From: Octopus sinensis
Lineage: Eukaryota
Assembly (NCBI RefSeq): GCF_006345805.1
Contig: NC_043019.1
Span: 3,410,001 to 3,474,000 of the forward strand
DNA: 64,000 bases
Reading direction: 5' to 3'
The first letter of the stretch is position 1; every line of letters starts with the position of its first letter. This document shows, one piece after another, positions 12,337-64,000 of the stretch. Both the position numbers and the translations under genes were made by a program. The notes under the pieces are model-generated. The model saw only the letters and a list, made by a program, of their open reading frames with translations, was not told the origin of the DNA and did not search any database.

Positions 12337-12773
12337 GGATCTTTTCGGTTTGAACGGCAGTTTTTTTCTAGCGGTGTCATATGAAATTGTCACCCATAAT
12401 TATGATCCTAGTATCGATCTATTGCATTTCAATCTGTTTTAGGGTTAGGGTTAGTTAGGGTTAGGGTTAGGGGTGGGGAGAAGGGTATCTTTTTTTTTCT
12501 TCACAAATGTAAATAAACCCAATCTGTTTCTTAAACGAGGGACATATTCATACGGCACGGAATGTTTTCACCTCAATAGACGTCATTGATTGGTTGAAAT
12601 TGCAGAAATTGAAGAAAAAAAAACAACAAATATCTTACAAATTATAGAATTTTCTCAATAAAGCCAAGAGAAAAAAGATGTTTTATAAATACATTCTACC
12701 AGTATACGAAGTTTAAAAGTGTTTTGTTACGTGGAAATTATTTAAAAAACTGCCGGTCAAACCGAAAAGATCC
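12337..12773. mobile_element. Same TIR element, copy 2
   Basis: Highly similar, co-oriented copy ~560 bp downstream of copy 1. Confidence 0.8.
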
Positions 12774-12965
12774 AAAATTCTACTAGACGACGTAAAATCG
12801 AATGATAGCAACCGAAATATGTTTGGCTAGAATTCAGGACCAGCTATTTGATATGCAGTGGTTTACTTCTTGTTAATGGGTCAACGAGACTTGGATTCAA
12901 TGCCATGGAAACCAAGTAACTGGTTCTAGGAGTTTGGTGATTCAAGACAGTGCTTACTTACAATT

Positions 12966-13340
12966 CTTTATTTTCAATTCAATTCAATTTTTATTGGCTC
13001 AAAAAGCGAAAGCAAGGCCATGTAGGGGGACATGGAGTTATGTACAGGGAGGGTGGTCATACAAAGAGTTCAGGCCATTTCTGGTCAAGAGAGTCTTTGA
13101 GCCGAGCGGTCGTCGGCATCTTCACCATCTCGTCCGGCAGCTTATTCCACGGATCCGCAACCCGGACGAAGAAAGCTCCTGTCCTTCGATTGAGATGAAA
13201 TCGTCGTAGATAGAGCTTTTCGGAGTGACCCCGCAGCCCACGCTCTGGAGCAGGAGTGAAGAACACCTCTTTCGAGAGGTTACACTTTCCGCTTATGATG
13301 TTGTGAGCGAGAATGAGATCACCACGGCGTCGTCGTTTTT
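12966..13340 (-). mobile_element. CR1-clade LINE 3' fragment
   Basis: KRRRRGDLILAHNII...RGHSEKL...FFVRVADPWNKLP...W motif typical of the CR1 ORF2 C-terminus; (ATTGA)n tail. Confidence 0.88.
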
Positions 13341-15636
13341 CGAGAGAATATTTATTGATGACTCAATCATTGAATGCGGAAAATTACAAATTACACTAGT
13401 TTTTCTAAAAATTGGATTAAATCACTCAAGTTTTTTTAAAAGAACAGAATTTTCAAAATCCATTAATATTTTAGTAATTCTATATGAGAATATCTTTTTA
13501 CACAATTTTGCACCATTTTAAACCTTTTTTTTTACTCGTGTTTGTCATTAAACTGTGACCATGCTGGGGCATCGCTTTGAAAGATTTTAGTCGAACAAAT
13601 CAACTACAGCGCTTATTTTTAAGAAAGCTTCACCATCACCGTCACCACTTGGCAAGGTGGTGTTCGTTTGTTTACATCCCAGTAACTTAATGTTTTGGCA
13701 AAAGAGGCCGATAGAATAAGTACCGGAATTAAAATAACTGGGGGCTGAGTTCCTCTCCCTCCCCTTCATCCTCTTCCCTTCCTCCTCCTCCTCCTCCTCC
13801 TCTTTCTATTCCTCTACCTCCTCCTCATCATTCTTTTCATCAACTTTTAAGGGTTTTTTTAAAAAACTGGCATGGGTTGGACGGTTTAACAGGATCCAGT
13901 GCCAAATTCCTCTGTCTGCTTTGGTACGGTTACTATGGAAGGAAATCCTTCCTTACGTGACCCACACTACAGAGTATCTTGCAAGATAGAAAAAAGAAAG
14001 GAAAACAGAGAAAGAAAAGAAAGCTTCCGCTTCTAAGCGGGGGCGGGATTTCAGAGGAAAAGGCGACATTTTATCCATCTTGTTGGGAGACTAAAGTATG
14101 ATAAAGGAACAAACATAGGTGTCTTGCTACAGAGAACATATATGCAATCCTTCGATATTAGTATATGACGTCATTCACTCACACAACCTTCTCTCTTGAC
14201 ATGGATAAGAAGGCTGGGCTGAAATAGAGGGTGATGGCGCTGGCTCCTTATACCAACACTCTCTAGACCAATGGTTCCCAAACTTCTTCGGGATGCCGCC
14301 ACTTTGACACCCAGGTTACATTCCTAGCACCCCTACCTCAACTAACCATTAACCATTAACCCTCTAGCATTCAGATTATCTCATAGCTTTGAGATTATGA
14401 TGGTGTGATTGTTTATTTTTAAAATGACATTGCAGGGTAGGTGTGAGAGGCTTAATCTGGACAATTTGAACATTATATAAGGTACAAAATTTGGGCCTGA
14501 TATGACCAGTTTAAATGCTATAAAGGGTTAGTGGTTACCAAACTTTTTTAGGCTGCCACCCCCTTGACACCCAGGTCACATTCCTAGTGCCCCCACCCCA
14601 ACTAACCACCACAGACATAGACCTCTTTCTGAAGCAAATTCAAAGCAACTGTATTTCACAAATAAAACTTAACCTAGCGAACCCATTATTTTGTTGTTTT
14701 TACATGAATCGCCCCCCCCCATTGTCACCCCCCCTTTTTACACGAATCGCTACCCCATTATCGCCCCACTTTTCTTCAATGCCCCCTTGGAACTTTCCAT
14801 CTCTCCCAGGGGATCAATACCTATTTCTTTACTACCCACAAGGGGATAAACACAGAGAGGACAAACAAGGACAGACAGACGGATTAAGTCGATTACATCG
14901 ACCCCAGTGCGTAACTGGTACTTAATTTATCGACCCCGAAAGAATGAAAGGTAAAGTCGACCTCGGCGGAATTTGAACTTAGAACATAACAGCAAGCGAA
15001 ATACCTATTTCTTTACTACCCACAAGGGGCTAAACATAGAGGGGACAAACGGACAGACAAACTGATTAAGTCGATTATATCGATCCCAGTGTGTAACTGG
15101 TACTTATTTAATCGACCCCAAAAAGGATGAAAGGCAAAGTCGACCTCGGTGGAATTTGAACTCAGAATGTAACGGCAGACGAAATACGGTTACGTTTCTG
15201 CCAGCTGGCCGCCCTAGACCATTACTGAAGGAAATGCTGGGCATACATGGCTACCCCCAAATTATATAGAGTTCGACAACCTTCAAGATGGTGCCCTAGC
15301 ATATTCGCAGTCCATGAATGCAGAAGTTACAAGATGAGAGACGTGAACACAACATCGAAACATCGAACCATGAAACACTGTACAATTATTGTATAGATTA
15401 TTTTTTAATTCGATTGAAAAACACAAACACAAAATACTGCAGATACCTAAAGTTCACAGTGTTGTGGCTGGATAGGCAGTGTAAATACACAATAAAAATA
15501 AGACAACTGAAATAATGATAATAATAATAAAAAATAACAAATGTAATATGCATGTGAGTGTGTGAATGTGTAGTGTATTTGTATATTAATATATATATAT
15601 ACATACATACATGCATATATAAAGATACACACACAT

Positions 15637-15693
<57 letters not shown>

Positions 15694-15706
15694 TATATAC
15701 ATACCT

Positions 15707-15745
<39 letters not shown>

Positions 15746-15764
15746 CATACATGCATATATATAT

Positions 15765-15821
<57 letters not shown>

Positions 15822-16214
15822 AATCGTTAGCTCCTACACACATTTTTTTCTCTCCTTGTTTCTCTCCGTGTTTCTTTTCTGTGTATCTTTCTGTCGAGGA
15901 GCGTAGGCTCGAAACGTAAAAGACTTGTTTTATTTCTATTCCTGAGCGCCATACTAATACAATTGTTTGTTTGTACTCCACCTGCCTTCGTCTTTTGTTT
16001 ATTTTCGTAAAGCTTCCCGTTATATATATATATAATCAAAATAAGCAACAAGGATATCCAAGGTAGATTAGTACAATTGTTTCATGCTACTTTATTTTAT
16101 TAAACCCTGTAAGTATTATATCAGTTTTAAAATGTCGAGCAATCTTTAGCTACATATAGAATTTTTCAATTGAACGGACAATGCACATTCTTATACATTA
16201 TTTCATTTGCCAAC

Positions 16215-16244
<30 letters not shown>

Positions 16245-16250
<6 letters not shown>

Positions 16251-16750
16251 CGAAATAAGTAACAGGCTATCCAGAGGTAATGCAGTACGATCGTTTCAAG
16301 CGACTCCATTTAATTGAAAAATGCAACCATTACATAAATTTAAATGCAGAGCAATCCTCAGCCCCCTTCCTAACAGACACTGCTCTTTGTTCCTTGGCCT
16401 TAGATTTTGATATACAAAGTTTTGATAAACAAGACTATAAATTAAAACTGACCCCAAAAAACAGTGACAAGCTAGATCTCTAACAAGTCTTTCTTCCTGA
16501 TACCTTAGTAGCTTCTAAGCTGAAGTGAAGACAACATGTTCTTTGTCTATCTCCTTACCTTCTTGAAGGTTTTAGGTAAAATTATACTAATGTGTCCATC
16601 TGTTTTAATCTAATTCTATGTATTTATGCAGCTGAGGATTGCTCTGCATTTAAATTGATGTAATGGTTGCATTGTTCAATTAAATGGAGTTGCTTGAAAC
16701 GATCGTACTGCATTACCTCTGGATATCCTGTTGCTTATTTTGATTTTAGT
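16245..16750. repeat. Inverted repeat (~115-bp arms, ~270-bp spacer); further single arms at ~16030-16080 and 36620-36755
   Basis: aataagtaacaggctatccagaggtaatgcagtacgatcgtttcaagcgactccatttaattg... is reverse-complemented at 16630-16745. Confidence 0.75.
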
Positions 16751-16838
16751 CACCTTGTTTTGAAACTGTATGGCTAATACCGTACTAAATTCTGGTGCCT
16801 CAACTCAAGTACCTAATTCATCTGAATCAAAAGTTTTG

Positions 16839-16878
<40 letters not shown>

Positions 16879-17289
16879 TTTTATGGGGTTTGTGGACCCC
16901 TTTCATCTCATCAGATTTCAGAGAAATGAGATTTGAGACAAATTTTAAGGCTCCTAGATGTTAGCTCAGTTAACGTGGTATTATTATTGCTGTGGAAGAG
17001 ATATCGGTTCATTGTGCTTGGTTCAACATATTGTAGGGTAAGAGTTGTCGTCGTGGTGTAGTTGTGAAATGTTAAGACAATAGCGGAAGCAGTCTTTATA
17101 TGGGAGTAACCGGAATTGATGGTGCTAGGTAAAAATTGAGGCTGGATGATCAACTTGAGTGAGGATGTAGACCATACGGGTGGCAGGGATTAAATACCCA
17201 CCCTTTTGTGGGGGAGGGGAAGCCAAGTCTAGGGATTGTCAGCTGCCAGTGGCTTGAAGTTTATTAACAGGGCATGCCCTTGGTAGCTA

Positions 17290-17580
17290 CAATAAGATAC
17301 TCCATTCTTCCTGCTGATGACGACAGCATATGCTGTGTATACCTTCCCTTAAAGTCATTAGCTGTCATGCCAATGTATTGTCATATGATGCCAGTGGATA
17401 ATGTGCGCATAGCTGCTACTAATGTATCAATACTCAATTAAACGATCACCAAGCTACTACTAACTTGTGACAGCACCTTTCCTTGTCAAATGAACTGATA
17501 TCACAGAATGCACAATATAACAACAGCTTGCAGCCATAGTGGTGACAGCTACCAGACAAAATCCTGTCTAAGCACGTGAG
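17290..17580 (-). pseudogene. Degenerate Penelope-like (PLE) GIY-YIG endonuclease remnant
   Basis: 17380-17330 reads QYIGMTANDFKGRYTQH (YIG-x-T...R...H signature), surrounded by stops and frameshifts. Confidence 0.65.
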
Positions 17581-17783
17581 CCTAAGAATAGCGAAAAGAA
17601 CTGATGTCGCTTCAGCAGTAAAAGCACCACGCGTCCTGGGTCGATTAATAGAGATAATTATTAGAGGCCTAATATCTGAACTGATTCATTGAGGCCTAGC
17701 ACTTAGAAACCATACTGAATTTGTCTCAAGTTCTGTTACTGTGATATCTGATGTAATGGGTTCATCCTGGTGAGTTATACTTA

Positions 17784-18177
17784 TCTCTCTATATATAAAG
17801 CTGAAATTGTCTGTGTGTTGCAGGTTTGGTAGCCTTCAACTAACACTATCTCCTCCGAGACCATGCGGCGCAAGTTGACCAAAATTGGAAGTATGATAGA
17901 AGAAGGCTTGCTCTTCATTCCGTACAAGACAAAATTTAAATCGGACCATGTTAAGACCAAAAATTATTTACATCAAAAAGGTGCTTTTTTTTCTATGAAA
18001 ATCCCTATTTTTTTACGATCTTTTGACTGCTGTGTCGCCATTTTTCGGTGTATTTCAACCAGAAAAATGTTCACTTAAAGAGAATAACAAGCTACATAAT
18101 GCAAAATGTTTACTTTTCAAAAATTTCAATTCTAAAGGGTCGAAACAAACCCGAGCAACGCCGGGCGATACTGCTAG
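17784..18177 (+). mobile_element. Complete non-autonomous Helitron (394 bp)
   Basis: A|TCTCTCTATATATAAAG 5' end; 3' hairpin cccgagcaacgccggg (18150-18165) followed by CTAG|T. Inserted in an AT dinucleotide with no TSD. Confidence 0.88.
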
Positions 18178-18382
18178 TTAAATAATATATGTAACTTATA
18201 CCAAATATTCTGAGTGCCACTCTCTTTCGTTCAATCACTCACACATACATGTGTGTATGTGTGTGTATCTATATGTATGTATATGTATGTAGTTTATAGA
18301 TCAGGGATAGATATTCTTTGAATAGAATACACTTTGTAGTACTCAAGAGGTTTGAACTTGTGCAGGTAGAGGAATAAATGGG

Positions 18383-18649
18383 CACTACTTGAGAACAGTG
18401 GTCCCGGTGCGCACACTCACGTACTCGTGCATCCGCGCCAGCTAGTCATGACTAGTCGATCCTTACTTTGTGTTTTTGATTTATTTACTTTGTTTAACAA
18501 TTTTTTTTTACTTTGTGTAAAAAAATTATTTATTTTGTATTTTATTTACTTTGCTAGGTAGTCGTTATAGGATCAACTAGTCACGACTAGCTAGCGCGGA
18601 TGCGCGACTGCGTGAGTGCGCGCACCGGGACCACTGTTCGCTAGTAGTA
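18383..18649. mobile_element. Non-autonomous TIR element (MITE), ~80-bp GC-rich TIRs, superfamily unassigned
   Basis: The left end cactacttgagaacagtggtcccggtgcgc...actagtcgatcct is the reverse complement of aggatcaactagtc...gcgcaccgggaccactgttcgctagtagta. Confidence 0.8.
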
Positions 18650-19161
18650 CCAATAAATGTAAGGATAAGCAAGTTAGGCAAGTCAATATACAAAAAATAT
18701 CAAATAAATTTAATACAAAAATATACATATGTATACATATAAAAAGTTCGACTTACACAAAAGTAAAGTTACATCAAGGAATTAAAGGAGTTGAATAAAC
18801 AGCTGTTTCTGGGGGTTGGTGGTCCATAAGATTCCGTCTTTAAACTCCATTCTGCCAACACCACAAATGTAGAATTCTTCCCTGAAGACGGAGGCCGGTA
18901 TTATCCAATGATAGAAGCAATTTACAATCATTATTTTGAACCACCAAGCCCCACAAAACAGCTGTTGGACTCGTAAAACATATTCAACCCATTTAATTCC
19001 TGATAACATTGCTATTCTGTGTAAGTCAAACCTTTTTATATGTATACATATGTACCTTTTTTGTATTAAATGTATTTAATATATTTTTGTATATCGACTC
19101 GCCTAGTTTGTTTGTCGTTACATTTATTCCAGTCACTGTCTTCCGTTTTTCTTTTGAACAA

Positions 19162-19292
19162 TATATATAATATAAATTAGAAAAAAAAACACCTTTTATC
19201 AATTCAACAATGAAAAAAATTTTATATCATATAATTAATTTTTTTCATTATTGAATTGATAACAGGTGGTTTTTTTCTAATTTATATATATA
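19162..19292. repeat. AT-rich fold-back (~55-bp arms)
   Basis: ataaattagaaaaaaaaacacc...tcaattcaacaatgaaaaaaat / atttttttcattattgaattga...ggtggttttttctaatttat. Confidence 0.65.
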
Positions 19293-19569
19293 CTTTGTGA
19301 AATTTGATTTAGTATTTCTAAATTGAATTTTTCCCTGTAAGTTTGGAATTATATTCCCCACCACGTGGATTCTGTTGGGACCAGTAAGAAACAATTATGA
19401 ACTTTTTTATTACACTTAACTTTTTAAAATATTTTTGATAAGGTTCGTTTTTTCAAGAAGAACCGAAACATGTAAAATTTCTAAGAAAATGAAAAATTTA
19501 TCTTATATAGTGGCGTTTTCAAACTTCTTTTTTATAATATATACCCACTCGTATACCATCTACACTTAT

Positions 19570-19621
<52 letters not shown>

Positions 19622-19670
19622 TATATATATTATATATATAATATATATGCATTTATGTATATATATATAC

Positions 19671-19720
<50 letters not shown>

Positions 19721-19958
19721 TATTATATATATATATATATACATATATATAGACACACACACACAACATATAGTATGGATATATATGCATATATAAACAC
19801 AGATATGAATATTCATATATATAAATGTGTATGTGGGTGTGTGTATGTGTGCATGCGTGTATGTATGTGTGTGCGTGCGCATGCGTGTGTGTATATATAT
19901 ATACATATGCTTTAGTAAAATGCTTGTAGTGCAAGACATCCTTTGCCTATCTCTATTA

Positions 19959-62844
<42,886 letters not shown>

Positions 62845-64000
62845 CTAAAATATAAAAAAGAAAACGAAATCAATATTGATTTGTATCAGTGATGCAGAGA
62901 TATCAATTAAATAGATTGCAGAAGGCCATTTTAGCTCTTAGTGAAGGAAAGGCAGCAACCATTGTTGTGCTAAGCATAATGGATAGAACCAAATATTTGG
63001 GATTTAAAAAACAGGAACATTAAGTATGGTTTAAAGTGGTCCTTTATTAGTTACACACTATCGTATAATCCTGGTAATTTTAAGTGTGATGTTTGCCTGG
63101 AAGAAATATATTATATAATTACACTTGAATTAACATTATTAAATTATAAAGGTAATTTTACACTGAAATGTTCTCACAAATATAGAAAAGCATTTAAATA
63201 TTACAGCTTTAAATAACCTGCTAATGATAATTTCTTTTTATATAATATAATATTCACAATTTTCTAAAAATGTTTAGCATATTTAATAGATAGATAACTA
63301 ATTATCATAACATAGAATTCATGTTTATTTTTTATCTTCTCATTATCCACTGAAATCATCAAAAGTTAAATACTAAACTGGTTTTTATTAGAACATTGTA
63401 TTTCTTCTTAATGATCTGTTTGTATGTATTTGTCTACTCAAGATATTTTCTTAGTTCACTTTGAATTTAAACAATTTTGAATTGCTTTTATAATGTTGTG
63501 TTAACAACATGTATTTTTGGATGTATAAAATTGACTGATATTTTCTTTATCTAAATATGTTGACACAATAGAAACGATCGTTGGTATTGTATGGCATAGT
63601 CACCAATTAAAGATGTGATTTTCTTCATTCTTGTTTTTGCTATATAATTATATATGTGTATAAAAAATGGAACAAAAACGCAATAGAGAACATTAAAACG
63701 TTCAGACAGACAACACAAAGGCAGACAAGAGAAACAACAATTAGGACAGGCAAAAAAGATGGGTCGTTCTTGGTTTTCTTTCTTCAGTCAAGTACCAGAA
63801 GTCACGAGCATTTCGAACAATATATATATTATATAAAAAGAAATTTGTGCACTCACTCATACATATATATATATATATACATACATACACTTGTAGTCAC
63901 ACACATGCACTCAGATACACATATGTACATATATATATATGTATGTATATGTGTGTATGCATATCTATCTATGTATATACATATATAAGTGTATATATAT

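Noticed and set aside
12440-12475. TTAGGG runs as an interstitial telomere
   Set aside because: Only 2-4 imperfect units, internal to a repeated TIR element (also at ~11462).
18780-19010. Short protein-like stretch (EFFPEDGGRYYPMIEAIYNHYF)
   Set aside because: Bounded by stops, no splice support, no family recognised.
62845-64000. Search for a signal-peptide or first exon
   Set aside because: No convincing exon; the region is AT-rich or repeat, so the 5' end lies outside the window.

Overview
Eukaryotic, AT-rich, microsatellite- and SINE-dense genomic DNA. The SINE families and repeat landscape point to a cephalopod, most likely Octopus (inference from recalled repeat families, not a database search). 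One protein-coding gene dominates the window. It is a minus-strand, 5'-incomplete cadherin-superfamily gene that I rebuilt by hand into 22 exons (62844 down to the stop at 19959). All introns are GT-AG with matching phases, giving about 1,820 aa in the window: at least 15 cadherin (EC) repeats plus one partial repeat, one TM helix and a ~160-aa cytoplasmic tail with no classical cadherin or protocadherin motif that I recognise. Seven exons (e1, e3, e5, e14, e20, e21, e22) are not in the supplied ORF track in the correct frame. The ectodomain core is a two-domain module repeated five times, with alternating Ca2+-competent and degenerate linkers. The rest of the window is transposon-derived: several tRNA-headed SINE families, RTE and CR1 LINE ends, a complete non-autonomous Helitron, a Tc1 fragment, MITEs, Penelope-like fold-backs carrying hammerhead-ribozyme-like motifs, and an unusual asymmetric hairpin element with 12-14 bp target-site duplications (TSDs). 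Most ORF-track entries are simple-repeat or SINE artefacts.
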